From the human T2T-CHM13v2.0 reference genome, Homo sapiens, in NCBI RefSeq assembly GCF_009914755.1, contig NC_060933.1: a stretch of DNA of 64,000 nt, one strand, 5' to 3'. The notes below the pieces were generated by a model, which saw only the letters and a program-made list of their open reading frames with translations, was not told the DNA's origin and made no database searches. Below, piece after piece: positions 1-11,394 of this stretch. Position 1 is the first letter of the stretch. Each line of letters begins with the position of its first letter. Position numbers and translations under genes: made by a program.

Positions 1-109
1 CTTAAGGAGAATGTCCAGGGCGCCTCACTGATCGTAAGGAAATCAGGAGCAGAAGTGGATCTGCTGGCCCTTCTGTGCCTAGTCAGGCCACGGGACAGGT
101 CTCCCTGGA

Positions 110-312
110 ATGGTAGCATGACCAAAAGGCCAGTCAGGCTCTGGGCTCAGACCACGTGGGTTCGAATCCAAGTGCTGCCACTGCCTAGCAAGGTGATCCG
201 GAAAGCTACCGAAACACCCTGGACTTTCATTACTCCATATGTAAAGGGCTTGAAAGAGTGTCTGGCAGGCACATGGCAGGTGATTAATAAATGCTGGCTG
301 TTTTTATCATTA
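110..312 (+). mobile_element. MIR (SINE)
   Basis: B-box-like gggttcgaatcc, then tgtaaag..cttgaaagagtgtctggca..aataaatgctggct matching the MIR 3' end. Confidence 0.75.
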
Positions 313-389
313 CCACCTTCATCATCTGTGGGTTAGATTATGACCTGAGTTAAAAGAATAATTAAGCCATGCATTTAGTTCTGCCAAAT

Positions 390-636
390 ATTAATTATTA
401 ACATAAAAAACTCACATTCGTGGAGCATGCCTGTGTGCCTATGTGCCCAGCACTGTGATAAGGGCACAGCGGGCATCAGTGTCATTTAATGTTTTCAGCA
501 ATGCTATGAGGTGGGACCACATCGTGGAAATGGAGCTGGTGAGAGTCATGAACTACTCAAGGTCACCTAGCTAATAAGAAGAGAGGCCATTGATTCACCC
601 CAGTTCTCAGACCCCACCCATGTTTAACCCACTGTC
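390..636 (-). mobile_element. MIR (SINE)
   Basis: tatgtgcccagcactgtg..tcatttaat..ctatgaggt..ctcaaggtcacctagcta is the reverse complement of the MIR core. Confidence 0.7.
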
Positions 637-1176
637 AGATACTGCGTACCTGTGCAACAGCTTGTGTAGAAAGCCAAGCTCAATACTTCAGGTGTGAAAT
701 GAAATCAGCAAGGATCAAATCATGTGTGGAGCTTTTGTATGCCTGTACTTGTTTGTGCTTATTTGCTTCCTTAAATTGGATTTATCAGTTAGAAAAAAAA
801 AATTTAGTCACTTCTCTCTCAAACACTGGTCCAGACCTATAAGACCAAGATGGCCAGAGGGCCCTGTACAAAGCATCCCGTGCCAGTGAAATTACCCCCA
901 AAGGGAAAGTGGACCGCCTACTTTGAGTCCCTGCCCCCTTATCCTTCCTCTCTGGCTCCCAACTTGGCTTCCTATGCAAGAGTTATTTGTTCCGGCTGTT
1001 AGATCTGTTCTCAAACAACAAATTCCACCTCAATCCTTCACTTTTCACCTGAGTCATTCAGAACATCATTGGCGATGTTCAGTCACAGGGAGACTGAGAG
1101 TTTGTATGAGGGGGAAAATGTTTTTTTAAAAAGTGAAATTAACACGGGGAAAAGCCATCGCATGAAGATGAGTGTA

Positions 1177-1487
1177 CAATCGTCCCTCGGAATCTGTGGG
1201 AGATCGGCACCAGGACCTCCAAGGATGTGCAGGTTGCTGATGTAAACTGGGGTCGTGTTTGCATATAACCCACACACATCCTGCCAATGCTTTAAATCAT
1301 CTCCAGATGAATTACAATACCGAAGACAATGTAAACGCTATGTAAATAGTTGTTGTACTGTATTCTTTTTAATTTCTATTATTTTTATTGTTGTATTGTT
1401 ATTTTTTTATTGTTTTCTTTTATATATTTCCTACCCATGGTTGGTTGAATGAGTGGAGGCAGAGCCTGCAGATACAGAGGCCGACTG
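1177..1487 (+). mobile_element. MER2 (TcMar-Tigger MITE)
   Basis: TIRs caatcgtccctcgg ... cagaggccgactg; internal tttgcatataacc, tttaaatcatctc, ctatgtaaatagttgtt. Confidence 0.85.
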
Positions 1488-1740
1488 CTATAACAGGTAC
1501 CAAAAACTTAGAGGCTTAACGCAACACAAAGTTATTTCTTATAGTTCTGAATGTTAGGAGTCCAAAATGGGCTGTGGTGGGCTAGCATCAAGGTGCCTGC
1601 AGGACTGCATGCATCCTGGGGGCTCCAGGGGAGAACCCACATCCTTGTTTCCCAGCTCTAGAGATTGCTGTATTCCTTGGCTCGCAGCCCCTTCCAGCCA
1701 CATTCACATCACTGCAACCTCTGCTCCCATTGCTGCCCAT
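1488..1740 (-). mobile_element. MLT1 (MaLR LTR fragment, D/E-like)
   Basis: gctataaca..caaaaacttagaggcttaa..caacacaaa..atagttctg..atcaaggtg..ggctccaggggagaa. Confidence 0.7.
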
Positions 1741-2384
1741 TGCAGTCGACTGGACTGCGGAGAGGTGTGCATCCACCTTTCCTGGGAAACATCTGAATGG
1801 CTTTTTTCCAGCCAGCACCTAAACAGCTCTAAGAACCTGGATTGTCCCCTGGAATATTCTGGATGTGGTATCTTGGGTATGTCTGCTTTCTGTGTAAGTT
1901 TAGCATCCCTAGGGTCTGACACTGGCTTCAAGCCCTCATAAATAAATAGACTCGCTCTCTGCCCTATAAAAGCGCTGGGCTGCGCCTGGGATTCTATGCC
2001 TGTCTCCTCTAGGCTTCTGCAGGCTGTTCGGTGCTGACTACACAGCCCTGCCCTGTGGCCGGCTCTGTTGCTGGAGGCCGAGCCTGTTGGAGGCAAACTG
2101 CGGACCACACAGGGACTGCCCATTATCTATCTGGTTGCGCCCACTGGTGCCCCAGTCCCATGCACCCACCGTGGCGCTGCTCCACCTCAAGAACTGATCT
2201 CTGCAGTGAATGCCCCCAGTTAGGCACCTCAAAACTGGTTGGGGTTTCTCCCCATGTCTGGCAAGCTCTTTGCCTTTCATCCTTTCCCCTTACCTCCTAC
2301 CTTCTCATCTTCCTTGCAGTTTCTGTCCATACACTCTGAAAAAGCAAAACATCCAAACATTGGACCCACCAAGTAGTTTTCCTT

Positions 2385-2677
2385 GTTTGTTTGTTTTTTG
2401 AGACAGAGTCTTGCTGTGTCACCCAGGCTGGTGTGCAGTGACGCGGTCTCGGCTCACTGCAATCTCCGCCTCCCGAGTTCAAGTGATTCCTCTGCCTCAG
2501 CCTCCCTAGTACTTGGGACTACAGGCATGAGCCACCACGCCCAGCTAATTTTTGTACTTTAGTAGAGACAGGGTTTCACCATGTTGGCCAGGATGGTCTT
2601 GATCTCCTGACCTCGTGATCCGCCCGCCTTGGCCTCCCAAAGTGCTGGGATTACAGGCGTGAGCCACCACGCCCAGC
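2385..2677 (-). mobile_element. Alu (AluSc-like)
   Basis: Full-length dimer; TSD gacccaccaagtagttt / gactcaccaagtagttt. Confidence 0.95.
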
Positions 2678-4103
2678 TGACTCACCAAGTAGTTTCAAGA
2701 AATGGCTTTTACTTCAGCATCAAAGGCATTTAGGACCAGACTGTTTTAGACATCACTCCAGTGGAAAGGGACAGCTGTCATTTTTCAGATAGGGCCATGA
2801 CACTAAGGGTCCATGAACCATCGGCAAAGGGAAGCTGGCCACCATTTTCCTTTCTAGAAGGTGTTTGGTTACATTGAGCTTCACCACTCGCACACCCTAG
2901 GAAACTTCTTCAGAAACAGAATATAAGGCCAAGCCCCCCAGCTAGGGAGGAAGAGGGAGAGACCTTTGTGGCTTGCCCCCTTGGGAGAAGAAAGCACAGA
3001 TCCAGGGCCATCGGGCCCCTGCCCTCCCAGCCTCCCTTCGTGCCTGCCTTGGCCGTTCCAAGGATGCTGACAGCCATAAAAAATCAGGCCTGTTAGCAAC
3101 AGGAAAGATCACAGGCCTTGATTCCTGTTGAGCTCCTCCAACAACAGCTGCCATCTGGCTCCCCATCACGGGCGAATGCAGGCTCTGATTTATGGAGAGG
3201 CGCAGGTCAGGGAGTGGGCCACGTGCATTGCCCTTTCCCCCACAAACACCCCAGTGGGCGGGGGCCCAGGAGAGGGCCATTGCAGGTCATCAATAAATCC
3301 TGGGGATAAAACAATGCAGAGGTTATTAAAGGGAGCCGAGAGGGGACGGATGCGAGTTATTCCAATTACAGGCACGGTTATCTTCCCCTGTGCAGTTCAA
3401 AGTGTATGCACCCTAATGCATTTCAGCAGCTAATAAAAGTACTGTAGGGTTTCTTTTTTCTCTCTCTCTTTTTCTTCTTTTTTTGAAACCCATAGTGCTT
3501 ATAAATTACAGGGTAGAGGGGTGTGAAAGATACATAGCAGCTTTGAAGCAGCACTGACAACCTCAAACTAATTGATCATAAAAGGAAGTCAACTGCAATA
3601 GATGATGAACCATTTATCTAGCCAAAAATAGCCAACGGTTTCCCTATGGGCATGGGAATGTAAAAAAAAAAAAAATACTAAACTAAAATTAGGGGTGGGC
3701 CACGGGAAACAAATGGAATATTTTGAGCCCTTCAGTTGCAGGCACTAAAAGTGGAGGCATTGCAGATGTGACTGTGGCTTTGCGGTGGAAGACCAGGACA
3801 GGAGCACCACTCCTATAAACACAGAGGAAGTCCAGACCACTGTGGTCAGCCTGCAGGCAAGAATGCTCTCAAAGCTGATCAAAAGCTTTATCTTCTACAT
3901 CTTTTTCCAGATGAAAATTTCACCAGAACCCTCAATTGCTGGCCATTAAGTTCCTTTAGCTTTTATTGTGCTAAAATGAAATTGGCTGGAAATGGTAATT
4001 TAAATTGCATTGATATAGGCTAATGGGGTGGGGTAGAGAGAACCCAGACAAAGACGCAGGGAAATGATTGTGTTATGCGATATATGTTAAAAGATGTGGC
4101 CAC

Positions 4104-4457
<354 letters not shown>

Positions 4458-5569
4458 TCATGGGTCGTAGAGCGTTGCCAAGGTGTTCTGGTCAAACTTG
4501 AACAAATAAATAGGAAATACCCTTCTGCACTTCACTGGCTGCCCTCTCCCAAGATATTGGTCAAGCTATCAAAAATAGTTGGCTCTTCTAAATACTTTTA
4601 AATACTCTTGAGCTATCTTGTACATCTGCTTAAAGGCAATCACTTTTTCTTTTCTTTATGTTACAAAATACAACAAAAAGCAATGTTTCAGTCTGCTTTG
4701 AGTTCCAATTGCAAATTACACATATCAAAGTTTCCTAGAGGTGGGTTTAGATGAGGCCAGTTGGAAACAAACTCAGAGGGGCACCTGCCTCCACTTTCCT
4801 GCCCTTTCCATTCCTCCCACCTCTTTCCATGGCTGCCGCTCCTCCTGTGCCACCGGAGTTAACCTTAATTCCACATGGGAAGGTGGATAGCATGGCTCCT
4901 GTATGTCCCATTCTATTGCCACCAGCTCATCACTGACAGCGGCTCAGGCCACAGTCCTCACCTCACATTCAAGGCCTCCGGCCGTGGGCCTTGTGCTGGG
5001 AGTGACCACACTCTCACCGGCATGCAGCCGCACCTGCCCCTCCACGTCCAGCTGCGTCCACCTGGGGTCAGGGGAGTCTTCAGCTTCCCGCACCTGACCT
5101 GGAGCCCTCCCGTGAGCCTCCCTCCAGATGCGGGCAGCTCACTTGTGGTCACTGGTGCGTCCCTTTGTATGCTCTGCTGTCACACAGAGCTGCAGTCCTG
5201 TGCTCCCTGCTCTGTGTCCTCCCTCGAGGCATGCTTTCAGGGCTGCAGACAGCCTTACTGCACACATCTTTGTCTCCCCTAGAAGTGCTCAGTGTGCACC
5301 ACTGGCCCATGGCTTTCATCTGAGCAGGAGGGAGACAGAGTGAACCAGTGAAGGGGACCTGGGCAGCAGAGCCAGGAAGCGACTCGCCAAGGCCACCTAG
5401 CCAACACGTGGTAACATGGGGCTCACAGGAGGCTTTTCTGACTCTGCGTCAAGGCTTTTCATCATGAGGAGCTGTCACTTAGCATCTGTTCCCATACATT
5501 CAGCCTAGAGTGCACAGCAAGCAATTGTCCAAGAGGCAGGCTTCTGACACTTTGGAACCGGAGGCTTTG

Positions 5570-5955
<386 letters not shown>

Positions 5956-7946
5956 TCTACTAATGCTCATATGCAAAATAAATGCATCTTCCCATCCAGC
6001 AATGAATATCCTCCTTTTTACTGCTACACACACCTCAGAAATAAGCATTCTATCCCCAGAGTTACAATTCTCACTCCCTCATATTTCCATGTTTCTAATG
6101 TTCATCCCACGTGTATTTTACCCCACATGGAATGTGTTATGGAGTCCTAATTTCCAATACCCTAACCAGCAGTCCTCATGAACCATCAAAATTATTAGGA
6201 AAATACCATTTTCATTACCGAAACTGTATCTCCCGGACTGCCTCTTTCACCTGGAAGTGGAGGTGAGAAAAAAACATGTTTCTAAAATTTAACTCTTTTT
6301 TGCATTTGAAAATATGACCCCCTGAGGATACTGGGATGGAAAGCCCTGTCTGTCACCTACCCAGCAGTCACAGAGGAGCTGGGTGTCTCCCTGACCTACG
6401 GCCCATCCCCCTCAGCTTTGAGGTCTAAAGTCCTGCAAGGAGAGCCCAAGACATCTCCAAGAAAGCGCTGTGTGCCCCGAGGCTGGGAAAGCCCTGGTTC
6501 CTTAAGGCGCTCAATAAGTATTTGCTGAATGAATGAACGAGCAAACTCAACACCTACCCCTGGCGCAGGCACACACAGATACTATGAGGAAGGGGGCATG
6601 GCAGGCAAGGGGAGACCCCTGGCTCCTACTGACCCCCCGGAGTGCCCTGAGCAGAGCCTTGGAGGGGTGTGGTTCCCAGGACGGCTTTTGCCCCCTCGGG
6701 CCACCCATCAAAAGGCAGCAGTCGCCTGGGGCCTCACACTCAGGGAATCGCTGGGTGTGTACAGCGTGGCCGAGGTGCGGACTTCAACACGCTGTCTCCA
6801 TCACCCACCACAGCCAAGGTCTGTTTCTGGAGCTCTGCAACGTGAGTATCTCTTCATTATACTACAAGAAGGATTTTTTTTTTCTACCATTGCTGAACTG
6901 AATGCTGTTTGGTTCCCATGGTGAGAAAAGGCCTTGGCCTCGGGAGTTGGGCTGGGCAGGGGTGGAACAGCCTCCTGCCCAAGTGGATGGATCAGCCCTC
7001 AGGTGGGCTGATTCTGGGGGCTCCTCCAGCAGGGGCTTCCCTTGCCTGCCCTGTTCCTTCCATCCTGTTCCAGATAGCAGCGCATCTCTCAAGTGACTGT
7101 GGCTGTCCTCCCCTCCTTTTGTCTTCTCTTCTCTGGAATCTGATAAGAGCTGCATGAGATAATTGGAAGCCAGCCCTCCCCAGATGCGCATCACATAAGA
7201 AAGAGCATTCTGACTGGCACGGCTGGGCTGCCGACACTCCCGCTGCTCCTGGCGGGCCAGTGACTTTGATTTATTGCTCTGTGAGTAAATACTAGTAAAT
7301 AAATGACAGAAATGCCTTTTCCCCTGGTGACTCCCCAGCCCCCGATAATTAACTTGTTCTTCTTTCCTCCCTCTCTTACCAACCATGAAGCAGTGCCGTT
7401 CTCTGATGAATGAGTTGCCCATGACTATCTTGCCAACAGGTGTTTCACATAAAAGATGAGCCATCCCAGGAATAGTGTGAAGCAGGTGTTGAAAACTAGA
7501 AGCTCACGGGTCAATTTGTCCCATGCAAAATGATTTTAAAGGTTGGGCTTACATTGGGAAAAGCAGATTTCACATGGAAATTTATACTTCAGCCTTCTTT
7601 TGGAAACTGGAAGGTCGTCTGGAGATGGTAGGCTTCCATTCCCTCCTGGCAACAAATGCCTGGGCAGGCCCTCCCTTTCCTCTGGCTCTCTGATACCAAA
7701 GGCTGAGTATCAGTTGCTGTTTATGATTGTATTTGCTCTGTTGTTTTCTTATACCAGAGACATATTGCTCTTTATCCATATGTTGTGCATTGAAAACGGC
7801 TGCAAATTCCTAAGGGCCTTAGGATGAAATAATAAAATATGAGATAGAACACAAGAATTTGAAACCTCACTTTCTTTGCCTACCAACTAAGTGACTGTGG
7901 CCAGGGACCACAGATAACTCTTGGAGCCCAGTCATGTGCTCTGAAT

Positions 7947-8184
7947 TGATGATGATAGTGATGATGATGACAATGATGAGATGATGATAAGATGATGACA
8001 ATGATGATGATATGATGATGACAATGAGATTTGATGATGAGATGATGACAATGATAATGATGACGATGATGATATATGATGACAATGAGATTTGATGAGA
8101 TGACAATGATAACGATGATGATGATATGATGACAATGAGATTTCATGATAATGATGATGACGATGATGATGATATGAGGATGAT
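7947..8184. repeat. Degenerate (GAT)n microsatellite with higher-order units
   Basis: About 240 bp of gat/gac/aat triplets with recurring gacaatgagattt. Confidence 0.95.
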
Positions 8185-8189
8185 GCATC

Positions 8190-8378
8190 TGTTCAACATT
8201 TACTCCATGGCTGCTATGTAGTATTTCATTCATTCCTCACGAGAACCCCTGGGGGGAGGTCTGCTTTATCATTATCCCCATTTAACACATGAGGAGTGGA
8301 GGCACTTACAGAGAAAGGCCCTTGCCCAAGTCACACAGCTTAAGTAGGAAACCAGGATTTGAACCTTGATAGTCTAGA
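8190..8378 (-). mobile_element. MIR
   Basis: attatccccatttaacacatgagga..cttgcccaagtcacacagct..ccaggatttgaacc. Confidence 0.8.
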
Positions 8379-8379
8379 C

Positions 8380-8602
8380 CAAATGTGGACAAACTTTTTC
8401 AATAAAAAGTCAGATGGTAGATATTTTAGGCTTTGTGGGCCATATAGTCTCTGTGACAGCTACTCAGCTCTGCTGTTGTAGTTCAAAAGCAGCCAGAGAC
8501 AGTATGTGAACAAATTTGTGTGCTGTGTTCCGATAAAACTTTATTTACAATATTCCCAGATCAGCTAGATTTCGCCTGGGGGCCGTAGTTTTCCTATATG
8601 TG
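8380..8602 (+). mobile_element. MER58A (hAT-Charlie MITE)
   Basis: caaactttttc..atattttaggctttgtgggccata..ataaaactttatttacaa..gggccgtagttt; 8-bp TSD gtctagac/gtctaaag. Confidence 0.9.
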
Positions 8603-8610
8603 GTCTAAAG

Positions 8611-8916
8611 GAGTGCTGTCCAGTAGAAACAATGCAAGCCACAAATGTGAGCCACATGTATAATTTAACATTTTCTAGCCAAATTTTAAAAGTAAAATTA
8701 AGTGAAATTAATACTGTATTTATAAACACAATATACCCAAAATATTTCAAAATGTAATCAATATTTTACATTCTTTTTTCTTTTCTTTTTTTTTTTTTTT
8801 ACATATTTGAAAGCCAGTGTGTATTTTACACTTAGTGCCCATCACTGCTTGGACCAGCCACATTTCAAGTGCTTGATGGCCACATGAGGCTGGTGGCTAC
8901 ACAGAGGACCTGGAAG
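8611..8916. mobile_element. MER33 (hAT-Charlie MITE)
   Basis: gtgctgtccagtagaa..aatgcaagccaca..taattt..ttttctag..agccacatttcaagtgct..ggccacatg.ggct.gtggctac. Confidence 0.8.
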
Positions 8917-9813
8917 TTCTAGAACCCAGCTCTTTCAACCCTCTTCCATGGGGATCACCAGGACTGTAAAGCACAAGACCCACTAGGGAAGTGCTCTTGT
9001 TGTTACTGGATTCAGCTGAGCCTCTTGGATGGGTTCCAGCCCATCCAAGAATGTTTGAAACACTCCAAGACTTTAATTTTAATTTAGCAACCTGGTACTC
9101 AGAATACATTTTTCCTCAGAAACAACTCTGTAAATTGCCATAGGTGCTCTGAGCCCTCCCACCAAGCTCTCATTAATGGGCACTATACCTGTTGAGCAAA
9201 GTGTAGCTTGAATCACCCCTAGTGGCCGTTCAAAGGTTACTTTCTGTTAGCTTTAACTAAGGATTCTGGGGAAAGACTGTGCCCCAGAGCAGCAGGACAC
9301 AGCCGGCGCCCCCTGAGCTTTGGTGGGGTGGCTGCCCATGGAGCTCTGTCGCTCTTGCTGGTGCCAGCTACAGATGCCCTTGCCGAAGTTCTGGGAAGGC
9401 ACATTCCTAAGTCAGAGACACCCAGCCCATGTTCCTCTTCATCAGGCTCTTGGATAAAGCTTCTAGTGTGTCTTTATCATCGTTTCCTGAAGGCACACCT
9501 CAGGCCTTGGGAAAGTAAGCAATGGAACATTCAGCAGTGATTCCCAGGCTGTGAAATTTCACAGGCCAATCAAAATTTTAAAATAAAAGAACTGGAGCAC
9601 CTATATAAGATGGCCAACTTGTAATTTTTCCAAGTGAGCACATTAAGGAAAAAAAAAAAAAAAGAAACCTAGCATCTATGGGCCCTATCATTCTCACACC
9701 AAATCATGTTAGAATGATATTTTAACACCAGTAAAAGAAAGACAGTCTCAGAATCAATGACAATTTTTTCAGTTGAGTAAATTTGGCTTGGTGGGAAAAA
9801 TGCACATCACTGC

Positions 9814-10582
9814 CTTTATTTTTATTTTATTTTATTTTTAACTTTTATTTTAAGTTCAGGGGTACAGGTTTGTTACATAGGTAAACTTGTGTCTTGGGGG
9901 TTTGTTGAACAGATTATTTCATCACTCAGGTATTAAGCCTAGTACCTATTAGTTATTTTTCCTGATCCTCTCCCTCCTCTCACCCTCCACCCTCCGAAAA
10001 GGCCCAATGTGTGTTGTTCTCCTCTATGTGTCCATGTGTTCTCATCATTTAGCTCCCACTTATAAGTGAGGATATGCAGTATTTCGTTTTCAGTTCCTGT
10101 GTTAGTTTCCTAAGGATAATGACCTCCAGCTCCATCTGTGTTCCTGCAAAGGACATGATCTCATTCTTTTTTATGGCTGCATAGTATTCCAGGGTGTAGA
10201 GGAACAACATTTTCTTTATCTAATCTATCATTGATGGGCATTAGGTTGATTCCATGTCTTTTCTATTGTGACTAGTGCTGCAATGAACATGATACATGCA
10301 TGTGTCTTTATAATAGAATGATTTATATTCCTTTAGTAATGGGATTGCTGAGTTAAATGGTATTTCTGTCTCTGGGCCTTTGTGGAATCACCACACTGTC
10401 TTCCACAATGGCTGGACTAATTTACACCCCACCAACAGAGTGTAAGTGTTCCTCTTTCTCCACAACCTTGCCATCTTCTGTTATTTTTTTTTTTTAATCA
10501 AGCCATTCTGACTGGTGTTAGATGGTATCTCATTGTGGTTTTGATTTGCATTTCTCTAATGATCAGTGATGCTGAGCTTTTT
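9814..10582 (-). mobile_element. L1 3' end (old L1PA, about PA13-16)
   Basis: T-rich tail, aacttttattttaagttcaggggtaca..tcatttagctcccacttataagtgag..ctcattgtggttttgatttgcatttctc. Confidence 0.9.
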
Positions 10583-10985
10583 AATGTTTTGCCAAGGACC
10601 ATGAAAACTTCACCTCCAGAGCAGAGGCTCTGGGGCTAGCATTTGGAAACCCCTATCTCCTAGAAGCATTCACTGTAGTTGTATAGAGTAATTGAAGGTT
10701 CTGGACAGAAAAGAGAGGGAAGAGCATTGGAACACCTAGAAATGGAGCCATCAGGAGGAAGGTGGCCTCCCTCTAAGGGTTTCAGGTGAGAGGAATCAAT
10801 ACAGCATCAAATATATCTTTTATTGGCACAAATATCTTATGCTTGTTTCTTGTGGTAGACACTGTATTTGCACACCCTTTTTACTTTTACTTTTGATCCT
10901 TCTAGAACCACCACAAGATAAACAGGAGAGATACTTTGTGCATTTTACAGATTAATGGTAACAAGTACAGAATTCCAAGGATCAC

Positions 10986-11394
10986 TGCTATGGTTTAAAT
11001 GTTCGTGTCTCAAAAATTCCCATGTTGGAACTTAATACCCAATGTGGTAGTATTAAGAGGTGGGACTTTTGGGAAAGTGATTAAGTCATGAGGGCCCCAC
11101 TCTGAGGAATGGATTAACGCTCTTACAAAAAAGTTGGTGAGCCCTAGTTCCTCTTTGCCCTTCCCTCTCTCCCACCATGTGAGGACACAGCATTCATGCC
11201 CCTTCACCCTCCATGGTGTGAGGATGCACTAGAGGTGCCATCTTGGAAGCAGAGAGCAGCCCTTACCAGACACTGGATCTCTAGTGCCTTGACCTTGGAC
11301 TTCCCAGCCTCCAGAATCCAAAAATCAGTTCCTAATATTTATAAATTACCCAGTCTAAGGTATTTAGTTATAGCAGCATGAACAGGATAAGATA
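10986..11394 (+). mobile_element. MST (MSTC/D-like MaLR solo LTR)
   Basis: tgctatggtttaaatg start; ttggacttcccagcctccagaa; ataaattacccagtct; 5-bp TSD atcac/atcac. Confidence 0.9.

Noticed and set aside
158-172. tRNA-like B-box gggttcgaatcc
   Set aside because: It is part of the tRNA-derived head of a MIR, and no cloverleaf is present.
6862-7464. 200-aa ORF on the - strand
   Set aside because: No recognisable domain, and overlapped by several other ORFs; consistent with chance.
7867-8233. His/Ile/Ser-rich ORFs on the - strand
   Set aside because: They are translations of the (CAT)n repeat in three frames, with no splice or domain evidence.
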